A stretch of DNA of 64,000 bases from an uncultured Planctomycetia bacterium (lineage in GTDB: Bacteria > Omnitrophota > Gorgyraeia > Duberdicusellales > 4484-171), in contig CAZHYN010000001.1 of the NCBI GenBank assembly GCA_964536865.1, positions 161,824 through 225,823 on the forward strand, read 5' to 3'. Within the stretch, counting starts at the first letter, position 1; every line of letters begins with the position of its first letter. A model generated the notes under the pieces. That model had not been told where the DNA came from. It ran no database searches and saw nothing but the letters and a program-made list of their open reading frames with translations. Made by a program: the position numbers and the translations under genes. Below, piece by piece: positions 55,846 through 64,000 of the stretch.

Positions 55846-56849
55846 TAGCTCAGTTACTAAAAAAGAAAATTAGTGAATGGAACGAAAAGACCAAAAGGCT
55901 ATTTGCCTATGAAGAGAAAGATTTTGTTTCTCTTGACTTAGGAGCTAGGTACTTAAAGGGAGCTTTAGTTAAGGATGGTAAGATTGGGGAGTTATTTATA
56001 GAAAAAAAAGGAGAGTCAGCTTCAGCGATTGACTTTTTGAAGAGCAAAGGAGTCCTTTCTAAAGAAGTTAAATTTGCCATAAAAGGGCCTGAAACCCTTA
56101 TAAGATATATTCCCTTCCCTAAAGTAGAGAAAGGTAAGTTAAAAGAGGTTTTTGGCTACGAACTATCAAAGTACATCCCTTTTTCTCCTGAGGATGTATA
56201 CTTTGATATTTCTATCCTCGATGAGAATTATTCTAAAGATGAGTTTTTGATACTTCTTGCTGTAGCAAAGAAAGAGTTTATTGATTCTCTCCTTTCTCCT
56301 TTTCGAGAAAGAAAAGTGGAGGTTAAAGAGATTTCTCTGAGTAATTTAGCTCTCTTGAATCTTTTTTTTCACTGTAAAGAAAAAAAAGCTTCTAACACTG
56401 CTATAATAGATTTAGGGTTTTCTTCCACCCTTCTTAATCTAGTAAAGGGAGAAATGCCTTATTTAAGTAGAGAGATTAAAGTCGGTTGTTTTCACCTTAT
56501 AGAGAAGATATCTTTAGTTAAGAATTTATCTCATGATAAGGCGGAGGAGTGGTTAGTTACCTCCTCCCAAGTTGACGAACTTCTTAAGATAGGAGAAGAG
56601 CCACTATGGGAACTTTCTCGAGAGGTAAAAAGTTCTCTCGATTACTTTGAGATGAATGTAGGAGAGAATGTAGAGGAGTTTTATCTTACGGGAGGAGCCT
56701 CTTCTGTAGAAAGTGTTAGAGAAGTGATTAGTAAGTCTTTAGGAGTTAAGTTAATTCTTTGGGATGTGGCAAAGACTTTAGATATAAAAGTTAAGAGCTT
56801 CTCTTTTCCTCTTCAAATGTTTTCTCCAGTGATAGGTTTAAGCCTATGA
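55839..56849 (+). CDS. pilM: Type IV pilus assembly protein PilM-like (actin/FtsA-like fold)
   Basis: Position and size in the pilMNOPQ order; N-terminal LDLGARYLKGALV resembles a PilM/FtsA phosphate-1 motif; GTG start. Confidence 0.6.
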   Translation: MKLAQLLKKKISEWNEKTKRLFAYEEKDFVSLDLGARYLKGALVKDGKIGELFIEKKGESASAIDFLKSKGVLSKEVKFAIKGPETLIRYIPFPKVEKGKLKEVFGYELSKYIPFSPEDVYFDISILDENYSKDEFLILLAVAKKEFIDSLLSPFRERKVEVKEISLSNLALLNLFFHCKEKKASNTAIIDLGFSSTLLNLVKGEMPYLSREIKVGCFHLIEKISLVKNLSHDKAEEWLVTSSQVDELLKIGEEPLWELSREVKSSLDYFEMNVGENVEEFYLTGGASSVESVREVISKSLGVKLILWDVAKTLDIKVKSFSFPLQMFSPVIGLSL

Positions 56850-57409
56850 AGAAGATATTTATTAATCTTTGTCCTGAGGGAGGAAAGAGAGAAAATAAAA
56901 TACTCCTTTCTGCCCAAAAATACGCCTCTTTTGCCCTTCTGTTATTAATTTTATGTATAGGCATAAATGTTATATTTTTTGTGTTGGGAGCTTTTCTTCA
57001 GCTTCCCTATAGGAAATTAAGTGCTCGTTGGCAGCAACTAACTCCTCAAGTTAACTCTATTCTTTCCCTAAGGAAAGAAGTGCAAGCTCTAACTAAAGAG
57101 AGAGAGGAGTATAAGACTTTATTCCAAGAAAGTATTTCTCTCTCTAGAGTGTTTGCCGAAGTATATGAGTCACTTCCTAAAAATATTTGGTTTGAGACAA
57201 TAAAGTTTAAAGGCGATGCTATTGAGTTTGTAGGATATGTAGTAAAGTGGAAAGAAGATTATTTTGATTCTCTAAATAAATTTATTAAGAATTTAAAAAA
57301 TAAGACTTACTTTAGTACTGTCTTTAAGAAAATTAATCTAAAAAACTCTCGCAAAGGCAGGATAGCTAGTAGAGAAATTTTAAAATTTGAAGTAGAATGC
57401 AAAAAATGA
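56846..57409 (+). CDS. pilN: PilN-like bitopic inner-membrane pilus assembly protein
   Basis: Single N-terminal TM helix followed by a coiled-coil; synteny. Confidence 0.5.
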   Translation: MKKIFINLCPEGGKRENKILLSAQKYASFALLLLILCIGINVIFFVLGAFLQLPYRKLSARWQQLTPQVNSILSLRKEVQALTKEREEYKTLFQESISLSRVFAEVYESLPKNIWFETIKFKGDAIEFVGYVVKWKEDYFDSLNKFIKNLKNKTYFSTVFKKINLKNSRKGRIASREILKFEVECKK

Positions 57410-57942
57410 AGCTTGACAAACGCATTCTTATTGTTATTGTTTACGTTGCACTATTTCTAGAAATAATTTGGTTTACTCCTTTTCAAATAAAGAAATTTAT
57501 TCACCTTTCTTCCGAAGTTGGAAGATTGAGAAAGAATATAGTTCAGTTTAGTAACCAAAAAAATTATCAGCAGAACCTTTTGTCTCGCAAGAAGGAAATA
57601 AGTAGGGAGATTATAGAGCTTAAAAGTAAAATCATTGCCCCTCAAGATGTCTCTGTCTTGCAAGCTTACCTTTCTCGAAAAGCAAAAGAGAATAGGTTAG
57701 ATATAGAGGAGATAAGTCCTAGCTCACCTCGGGAATATAAGATTACCTCCCAAGGCAAGTTTTTAGCTTTACCTATTGATATAATTTTAGAGGCTGACTT
57801 CCATAGTCTAGCTAGATTTCTCGATGACTTAGAAAAAGGAGACTACTTTTTAGCTCCTAAAGAAATGGAGGTAATAGGAGCAAAACCTTATCACAGAGTA
57901 AATTTAGAACTTTACGCTCTTATCAAGGAGGGAGGGTGGTAA
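57397..57942 (+). CDS. pilO: PilO-like pilus assembly protein
   Basis: Single TM helix and a coiled-coil (QQNLLSRKKEISREIIELKSKI); synteny. Confidence 0.45.
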   Translation: MQKMKLDKRILIVIVYVALFLEIIWFTPFQIKKFIHLSSEVGRLRKNIVQFSNQKNYQQNLLSRKKEISREIIELKSKIIAPQDVSVLQAYLSRKAKENRLDIEEISPSSPREYKITSQGKFLALPIDIILEADFHSLARFLDDLEKGDYFLAPKEMEVIGAKPYHRVNLELYALIKEGGW

Positions 57943-58274
57943 AAGTAGCAGTGTTTTTTTTAATTCTTATTCTTACCATAGGAGCTTATGCTCAGGAGTT
58001 TAAATACCCTTATAATCCGCTTACTGAAAGAGATCCCTTGCGTCCTCTTATAGATGAGGAAGGTAACATCTTAATAAAAGAGAAAAAAGAAGGTAGCTCT
58101 TTTATCCTCCAGGGAATAATTTATTCTCCACAAGGCAGTGTAGTAATAATAAATAACGAACTTTTCCATGAAGGAGATATACTAATGGAGCAATTTAAGG
58201 TAAAGAAAATAGAAAGTAATGGAGTAGTTTTAGAAAAAGATGGGGAAGAATATTTTTTAAAATGGGAGGGATAA
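57936..58274 (+). CDS. PilP/GspB-C-terminal-like small exported protein
   Basis: Signal peptide; C-terminal LQGIIYSPQGSVVIINNELFHEGD motif shared with the 60429 ORF and reminiscent of PilP/GspB C-terminal domains. Confidence 0.45.
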   Translation: MVKVAVFFLILILTIGAYAQEFKYPYNPLTERDPLRPLIDEEGNILIKEKKEGSSFILQGIIYSPQGSVVIINNELFHEGDILMEQFKVKKIESNGVVLEKDGEEYFLKWEG

Positions 58275-58275
58275 G

Positions 58276-59628
58276 ATGAAAAAAGAAGTCATTTTAATTT
58301 TTACGATAATGTTTAGTATATTATTTTTAAACCTTTTTGTTTTTGCTCAGGAAGGGAGGATTTCTTCCTTAAAGTTTAGAGATGCTGATATTCGGGTGGT
58401 TCTTCAGGCGATTACCCAGAAAGCAGTAAAGAATGGGGTTAAAGTAAACATTATTATCTCCCCTCAAGTAAAAGGCCCGGTTACAGTTGACCTAGAGAAT
58501 GTAGATTGGCAAACTGCTTTAGATGCAGTATTGAAAACCTATGACTATGGATACGAGTGGGTAGGCAAGAACATAATTCTAGTAGATACTTTGGATAATT
58601 TAGCTAAAAGAAGAAAGAAAGTTCAGGAGGCTCAGGTTGCCGAACCCTTAGCTACCAGAGTTTTTACTCTTAATTTTGCTAAGGTTGAGGAGATAAAGGA
58701 TACTCTGGAGAAATTATTAACTCCTAAAGGTAAGTTAACTTATGATAAAAGAACAAATACTTTGGTGGTAACTGATACCCAGTCTAGCTTTTACGCCTTA
58801 GAAGAGACCATTAAGGCTTTAGATGAAATAACTCCTCAGGTTTTAATTGAGGCAAAGATTTTAGAAACCGATTTAGATGTTACTAACAAGTTAGGGATAA
58901 ACTGGAACATTCAAGGTACTATCTCAGGAAGTAAACGGGTTCACACCTGGCCCTTTACTAAGCATTCAGAGAATAAATATTTAAGGGGAGATGATATTCC
59001 TAGCGTTTCCAGTGTACACTCAACCCTTTCTGATGTATTTGCTTTCGGTACTTTAGATACTTCTTCATTGTCGGCAGTATTAGAGATTATTTTTAATGAT
59101 ACCAGTACTAAAATACTGTCTACACCCAAAATTACTACCATGGATAACCATACCGCTACTATTGATGTTATAACCGAAGACCCTGTACCTAATTATACTT
59201 ATAACTCTGAAAGAGGAAGCTGGGAGATATCTGGTTACGAATGGGTAAAGTATGGGGTATCTTTAGAGGTGACCCCTCAGATAAATAAAGAAGGATTCGT
59301 TACTTTAGCGATAAAACCCAGGGTGAGTGAGAATCTTGGTGATAAAGAGTTTACTTCTTCTTCTGGAGCTGTGGCTCAGATACCTAGGCTTTACACTCAG
59401 ACCACTTCCACGAGAGTAATGATAAAAGATGGAGAGACTTTAGTAATTGGAGGATTGGTCAGAGATAAAGTAGTAGATACTGTTAACAAAATTCCCCTCT
59501 TAGGGGATATTCCTATTCTTGGGTATTTCTTTAAACACAGAAGTAAAACCACAGAGAAAAAGAATCTTTTGATCTTTATTACTCCCAGGATAGTTACTCC
59601 TCAGAAAGAGACAGCCAGTGCTAAATAA
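58276..59628 (+). CDS. pilQ: Type IV pilus secretin PilQ (short form)
   Basis: Secretin_N-like domains and a C-terminal secretin domain (LVIGGLVRD...IPLLGDIPILGYFFK...NLLIFITPRIV). Confidence 0.85.
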   Translation: MKKEVILIFTIMFSILFLNLFVFAQEGRISSLKFRDADIRVVLQAITQKAVKNGVKVNIIISPQVKGPVTVDLENVDWQTALDAVLKTYDYGYEWVGKNIILVDTLDNLAKRRKKVQEAQVAEPLATRVFTLNFAKVEEIKDTLEKLLTPKGKLTYDKRTNTLVVTDTQSSFYALEETIKALDEITPQVLIEAKILETDLDVTNKLGINWNIQGTISGSKRVHTWPFTKHSENKYLRGDDIPSVSSVHSTLSDVFAFGTLDTSSLSAVLEIIFNDTSTKILSTPKITTMDNHTATIDVITEDPVPNYTYNSERGSWEISGYEWVKYGVSLEVTPQINKEGFVTLAIKPRVSENLGDKEFTSSSGAVAQIPRLYTQTTSTRVMIKDGETLVIGGLVRDKVVDTVNKIPLLGDIPILGYFFKHRSKTTEKKNLLIFITPRIVTPQKETASAK

Positions 59629-59634
59629 GATATT

Positions 59635-60432
59635 ATGTATCTTGATTTCTATGGCTTAAAGCAGGTCCCTTTCAGTATTACTTCTGATCCTCAATTTTTC
59701 TTTGAGAGTTCTTCTCATCGAGAAGCTTTAGCTACTCTCCTTTATGGAATAAGAGAGAAGAAAGGGATAATTTTAATTACAGGAGAGGTAGGAACAGGCA
59801 AAACCACTCTTTGTAAGGCTCTTCTTGATAAGTTAGATCATAATATAAAAACTTCTTTGATTTTAAATCCTTTCTTCAGCTCTGTGCAACTCATTCAGGC
59901 TATAATTGAGGATTTCGGTATACATCCGGATAAGAAAAGTAAGTTAGCTCTTATAAATAATTTAAATAGTTTTCTTATAGATATTACTCTTAAAGGAGGA
60001 GGGGCGGTTGTTATAGTTGATGAGGCTCAAAATTTAACTCCCAATCAGCTTGAGCAAATAAGACTACTTTCTAATTTAGAGACATCTAAAGAAAAACTTT
60101 TACAGATAGTTTTGGTAGGTCAACCTGAGATTATAGAAAAACTTAACCAGCCTCGGTTAAGACAGATACGTCAGAGGATTTTTGTAAAGTATAGTCTTTC
60201 TCCTTTAAGAGAGGAAGAGATAGCTGAGTACGTAAATTTTAGACTCAAAAAAGCAGGGCAGGCAGATGTTAAAATTTTACCCCAAAGTTATAAAATTATC
60301 TATCAGTTCTCAAAAGGAATCCCCCGGCTTATCAATATCCTCTGTGATAGAGCCTTGCTTTTCGGATTTGCTAAAGAAAAAAAAGTCCTAGATGAAGAGG
60401 TGTTCAGAATCTGTGTAGAGGAGCTTATATGA
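59635..60432 (+). CDS. ExeA/GspA/MshM-like AAA ATPase (secretin-assembly associated)
   Basis: Walker A GEVGTGKTTL, Walker B VVIVDEAQNL; 265 aa, no C-terminal peptidoglycan-binding domain. Confidence 0.8.
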   Translation: MYLDFYGLKQVPFSITSDPQFFFESSSHREALATLLYGIREKKGIILITGEVGTGKTTLCKALLDKLDHNIKTSLILNPFFSSVQLIQAIIEDFGIHPDKKSKLALINNLNSFLIDITLKGGGAVVIVDEAQNLTPNQLEQIRLLSNLETSKEKLLQIVLVGQPEIIEKLNQPRLRQIRQRIFVKYSLSPLREEEIAEYVNFRLKKAGQADVKILPQSYKIIYQFSKGIPRLINILCDRALLFGFAKEKKVLDEEVFRICVEELI

Positions 60433-60845
60433 GTATAATCTATGATGCTTTAAAAAAAATAGAAAAGAAGCACTTCCAGAGTTCTCCTGTAAAGTTCAAA
60501 AAAAAGTTAGTTATTTTTCTCTCTGGTTTGGGTGTTGTATGTTTAGTTTTCCTAGCAGTTTATTTAAAGATTAATCATTCTAAATTGACTAAGGATTCTG
60601 TAAAAAAAATGACAAATAGTAAAACAGTTCTTTCTAGGAAAATTTCCCAAAAAAGAAAAAGGCAGGAGAAAACTTATATTCTGGAAGGTATTATCTATGA
60701 TGAAAAGGCCCCTCTAGCGATGATTAATGGGAGGATGGTAAAAGAAAAGGATAAGATAGGTAACTTAGAAGTAATGGAAATCTCTCCAAATTCTGTGAAA
60801 TTACTTAACTTAGAAGATAAAACTATTTTTACCCTTTCTTTTTAA
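60429..60845 (+). CDS. GspB/ExeB-like bitopic membrane protein (partner of the ExeA-like ATPase)
   Basis: One TM helix; C-terminal LEGIIYDEKAPLAMINGRMVKEKD motif similar to the GspB C-terminal domain and to the 57936 ORF. Confidence 0.45.
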   Translation: MSIIYDALKKIEKKHFQSSPVKFKKKLVIFLSGLGVVCLVFLAVYLKINHSKLTKDSVKKMTNSKTVLSRKISQKRKRQEKTYILEGIIYDEKAPLAMINGRMVKEKDKIGNLEVMEISPNSVKLLNLEDKTIFTLSF

Positions 60846-60919
60846 TTCAAATCTTAGAATTTTACCTTCTCATTCCTCAAATAATTTTTGATTTATGTAT
60901 TGACTTTTTTTCTTGGTAA

Positions 60920-60935
60920 TAGTAAAATTTTACTA
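60920..60935. promoter_or_regulatory. Perfect 16-bp palindrome TAGTAAAATTTTACTA (plus an extra half-site AAATTTTACTA at 60939-60949) overlapping a TTGACT-17-TAAAAT promoter upstream of the acyl-CoA ligase gene
   Basis: The palindrome's reverse complement is identical to itself; TTGACT at about 60901 and TAAAAT within the palindrome; candidate repressor operator. Confidence 0.35.
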
Positions 60936-61024
60936 ATTAAATTTTACTATTTTATGGTTAAGATATATAACAATATATAAGAGAGGTAAATCTTCATGAA
61001 AATGACTGGGGAGGTGTCTAAGAG

Positions 61025-62557
61025 TTGAATATTCACCAAGCTCTGATAGAGCAGGCAAGAGATTATCCTCAAAAGCCTGCCATTATTTTCAAAGATGAGA
61101 AGATAAATTTCTGTCAGTTGAAGGATAACTCTTTTAAGGTAGCGAACTATCTTCGTAGTTTAGGCATAGAAAGTAATAAAAAAGTTGCTATTTTTCTTCC
61201 TAATGCCCTTGAAGCAGTCTATAGTTATCTTGGTGTTTTAATCCTTGGTGCAGTTTTGGTTCCCTTCGATTTTATGCTTACTGAGGAGGAGTTAATTCAT
61301 CTTATTAACCATGCTGAGGCAGAAATTTTAATTACCCAGATTAAAAAGGATATAGATTTAAAAAATGTGAAAAAGAGTTGCCCTAACCTAAAAAGAATAA
61401 TTCTTTGTAAAGAAAAAATAGATGGGTTTTACCTCTGGCAAGATATCTTAAAAAAATCTTCTTCCAAAGAGCCCCCTTTTTTTTATGAACCTGCCCAAAC
61501 CGCCTGTATTCTGTATACATCTGGCTCAACCGGACACCCTAAGGGAGTAGAACTTACCTTTAATCATTTAAATGTTCCTCTAAAGACTGTAGATTATTTT
61601 TTAAAACTTTCTTCCTCAGATATACTTCTCTGTGGAGGAGTCCCCTTTTCTCACTTAGGAGGGCTGGATTATATACTTGTTATGGTTGCAAGAGCCTCTA
61701 CCCTTATTTTAATGGAAAGGTTTAAGCCTTATCAATTTCTTTTAAATGCACAAGAATATAAAGTTACTGCTTTCTGGGTTGTTCCTTCTATGTATACAGC
61801 AATTTTATCTTTAAAAGAATATGAGAAATTTAATTTACCTCATCTAAGGTATGCAGTTGTCTTTGGCGCATCCTCTTCTCCTCATCTTTTAAAAAAATTT
61901 CACAGAATTGCACCAAATGCTTTTCTTTTAAATGGATGGGGAATGACCGAGACCTCAGCTCCTAACTGTGTTGTGCCTCCCGGGATAGATAAAATTGAAA
62001 GTATAGGAAAGTTTTTTAATATGGAGGCAAAAATAGTTGATGAGGAAGGAAGGGCGTTAGGAGCTAATGAGAAAGGTGAGTTATGGGTAAGGGGTGAAGG
62101 GGTTATGAAAGGATATTTTAAAGAACCTCTTCTTACTCAAGAAGTTTTAACTTGCGATGGATGGCTTAAGACAGGAGATATTGCTTATTATGATAGCCAA
62201 GGCTTTTTTTATATTGTGGGAAGGAAAAAAGATATGATTAAAGTAGGAGGGGAAGTTGTTTTTTCCTCTGAGGTGGAAGAAAAGATTTTGCTTCATCCTG
62301 AAGTAAAAGAGGCAGCAGTAATCGGGGTTCCTGATAGATTAAGGGGTGAGGTTCCCAAAGCATTTGTTGTATTAAAAAAGAATGAGAAATTGCCTCAAGC
62401 AGAATTAAAAGAATTTTTAAAAAAACATTTAGCCCATTTTAAAATCCCTCATTATATTGAATTCAGAAAAAAGCTTCCTAAGACACGTTCAGGTAAAATT
62501 GATAAAAAAAGACTAAAAGATGAAGAAAGTTCATCTCACACCAGAAATTATCTTTAA
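61025..62557 (+). CDS. AMP-dependent synthetase/ligase (acyl-CoA ligase family)
   Basis: AMP-binding motifs YTSGSTGHPKGV, GWGMTE, TGD, and GRKKDMIK(V)GG; TTG start. Confidence 0.85.
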   Translation: MNIHQALIEQARDYPQKPAIIFKDEKINFCQLKDNSFKVANYLRSLGIESNKKVAIFLPNALEAVYSYLGVLILGAVLVPFDFMLTEEELIHLINHAEAEILITQIKKDIDLKNVKKSCPNLKRIILCKEKIDGFYLWQDILKKSSSKEPPFFYEPAQTACILYTSGSTGHPKGVELTFNHLNVPLKTVDYFLKLSSSDILLCGGVPFSHLGGLDYILVMVARASTLILMERFKPYQFLLNAQEYKVTAFWVVPSMYTAILSLKEYEKFNLPHLRYAVVFGASSSPHLLKKFHRIAPNAFLLNGWGMTETSAPNCVVPPGIDKIESIGKFFNMEAKIVDEEGRALGANEKGELWVRGEGVMKGYFKEPLLTQEVLTCDGWLKTGDIAYYDSQGFFYIVGRKKDMIKVGGEVVFSSEVEEKILLHPEVKEAAVIGVPDRLRGEVPKAFVVLKKNEKLPQAELKEFLKKHLAHFKIPHYIEFRKKLPKTRSGKIDKKRLKDEESSSHTRNYL

Positions 62558-63227
62558 ACTTTATAATATAAAGAAACCTGAAAAGATAGACTTTGCTTTT
62601 AGTTTTGATTATAAAAACTTGGCTTTAAAATCCTTGACTTGTTTTAAAAATCCTGAAAAAATTATAAATTTCTCTGGATTGGTCTTCTGGCAGGCAGATT
62701 ATAAAGATAAAAAAATTATTATCTCTTATGGAGGAAGTTACGCTCCTGATACCGCTATAGGAACTGAACTTTTATGTTTTTTGGAAGCAGGAAAGATTTT
62801 ACGTATCGGTTTATGTGGAGGATTAAAAAAGGAGATGGAAATAGGAGATTTAATTGTTGCTGATTCTATTTTAGATTATACAGGAGTTACTAAGTTTTAT
62901 CCGGCAAAATTAAAAATTAGCTTTTCATTAAACGAGAGAATAAAAAAGATTTTTAAAGAATATAAAATTTATTGTGGAAAAGTCTGCTCTACCGATGCTT
63001 TATTTAGAGAGACAAAAGATTTTATAAAAAAAATAAAAGATAAAAGTTGTATAGCGATTGAGATGGCATTATCAAGTTTTTTTAAAGTAGCTAGTTTCTA
63101 TAAGAAAGAAGCAAGTTCTCTTTTGGTGATAAGTGATAATTTAATTACACAAAATTTAGGATTTAGAGAAAAAAAACTTTTTGAAAGATTAAATATAGTT
63201 ATAAAAAAGATACCCCAGTTTCTATGA
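62520..63227 (+). CDS. PNP_UDP_1-family nucleoside phosphorylase/nucleosidase-like protein (MTA nucleosidase- or futalosine hydrolase-like)
   Basis: IISYGGSYAPDTAIGTELL...IGLCGGL...IGDLIV pattern resembles the MTAN/PNP phosphate-binding and catalytic regions; overlaps the upstream gene by 38 nt. Confidence 0.45.
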   Translation: MKKVHLTPEIIFKLYNIKKPEKIDFAFSFDYKNLALKSLTCFKNPEKIINFSGLVFWQADYKDKKIIISYGGSYAPDTAIGTELLCFLEAGKILRIGLCGGLKKEMEIGDLIVADSILDYTGVTKFYPAKLKISFSLNERIKKIFKEYKIYCGKVCSTDALFRETKDFIKKIKDKSCIAIEMALSSFFKVASFYKKEASSLLVISDNLITQNLGFREKKLFERLNIVIKKIPQFL

Positions 63228-63799
63228 GTTTTAAGAAAGAAAAAGACCAGATAATTTTTTGGGCTCACCAGCTTTATGAGAAGAATTTAACAAAAGCTAA
63301 AAGTGGAAATATTTCTTTAAAAGTAGAAAAAGACAAAATTCTTATTACTGCTCATGATACTTTTTTAGGATATTTAGAAAAACAGGATATTATTTTGATG
63401 GATTTGGAGGGAAATATTTTAGAAGGAGAAAAAGAGGTAACCAGTGAGAAACCAGTTCATTTAAGTATTCATAAAAAATTTCCTCAAAAAAAAGCAGTGC
63501 TTCATGCCCATCCTTCCTTTGCGGTAGCCTTTTTTCATTATTTTAAAAAATTAGATAATATTTTTTTGGAAAGCAAATACTATTTAAAAAATATAAAAGT
63601 TATTACTCAAAAGACAATTAATATTACAAAAATTGGCCCGGTTTTATCTGCTTTAGCTGAATCCAGTATAGTGATGATAAAAGACCATGGGGTAATTAGT
63701 ATAGGAGATAATTTCAAGGAAGCTTTTGGTTTGATAGAGTTACTTGAGGAGCAGGCAAAAATAAATTTTTTTATGAAATTGCTAAATAAAGATGGATAA
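63224..63799 (+). CDS. Class II aldolase/adducin-family protein (MtnB/FucA-like)
   Basis: SGNISLK...HAHP metal-binding His motifs typical of class II aldolases. Confidence 0.65.
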   Translation: MSFKKEKDQIIFWAHQLYEKNLTKAKSGNISLKVEKDKILITAHDTFLGYLEKQDIILMDLEGNILEGEKEVTSEKPVHLSIHKKFPQKKAVLHAHPSFAVAFFHYFKKLDNIFLESKYYLKNIKVITQKTINITKIGPVLSALAESSIVMIKDHGVISIGDNFKEAFGLIELLEEQAKINFFMKLLNKDG

Positions 63800-64000
63800 A
63801 GAGTCTCGCGTTTTTAAATTAGCACGCACAATTATTCACTTAAGAATTTATGTCATACTTTCAGGAATAATTATCTCTCTTTTTTTCATTAATGTTTTAA
63901 AAGATATAAAAATTGAGACTCATCTTGAAGATTTCTTACCACAAAGACATCCTTTTATTAAAGTTCAGTATAGATTGACCCAGATTTTTGGAGGGCTTAA
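63792..64000 (+). CDS. 3'-truncated ORF; N-terminus resembles MMPL/RND-type exporter proteins
   Basis: MDKESRVFKLARTIIHLRIYVILSGIIISLFFINVLKDIKIETHLEDFLPQRHPFIKVQYRLTQIFGG: a TM helix followed by a periplasmic-loop start, as in MMPL N-termini; runs off the window. Confidence 0.4.
   Translation, partial: MDKESRVFKLARTIIHLRIYVILSGIIISLFFINVLKDIKIETHLEDFLPQRHPFIKVQYRLTQIFGGL

Noticed and set aside
1-64000. CRISPR arrays, rRNA genes, integrases or an intact prophage
   Set aside because: No run of regularly spaced direct repeats is visible. There are no 16S/23S/5S-like conserved blocks. No tyrosine/serine recombinase or phage structural gene motifs are present. The only mobile-element signal is the decayed fragment pair at 2.1-2.9 kb.

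Overview
This 64-kb window is a low-GC (about 35% by eye), gene-dense bacterial chromosome segment with Gram-negative-type envelope genes (PilQ secretin, LysM L,D-transpeptidase, lipoprotein signals). Most genes are on the + strand and many overlap by a few bases. The recognisable housekeeping blocks are MFS–thioesterase, cvpA–nif3–dnaG–rpoD, gatCAB–ctp–tsaD, a purine/folate/tRNA-modification block (purH–folC–mnmE–folE), accA and queA. The dominant accessory feature is a roughly 15-kb type IV pilus / MSHA-like locus (45.4–60.8 kb). It encodes a GAF protein with a degenerate GGDEF domain, a standalone MshEN c-di-GMP-binding domain, two PilB/GspE ATPases, PilC, two major-pilin paralogs, minor pilins, two PilX-like paralogs, PilMNOP-like proteins, the PilQ secretin and an ExeA/GspB-like pair. 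A PilZ protein lies nearby at 38.7 kb. Between the two pilin genes is a roughly 260-nt GC-rich, promoter- and terminator-bounded structured RNA carrying GEMM-I (c-di-GMP-I riboswitch)-like core motifs. I consider this the most interesting candidate in the window. Other notable points are decayed mobile-element remnants at 2.1–2.9 kb (a PD-(D/E)XK nuclease fragment with higher GC and an IS256-family transposase C-terminus), a tRNA-Met(CAU) followed by a disrupted DUF89-like gene, and a YchF-C-terminal-like TGS protein lacking its GTPase domain that is translationally coupled to a divergent EF-G paralog. There is also a bactofilin–HTH fusion next to a membrane-anchored HTH paralog, a basic DPEKF-repeat exported protein ahead of an ECF sigma/anti-sigma pair, a PtsN-like EIIA–two cation/H+ antiporters–PII-like module, and a 261-bp cassette that is 100% identical between the tandem PilX-like genes. 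No CRISPR array, rRNA or intact prophage is visible. All calls come from reading the translations and the DNA by eye, with no database searches.
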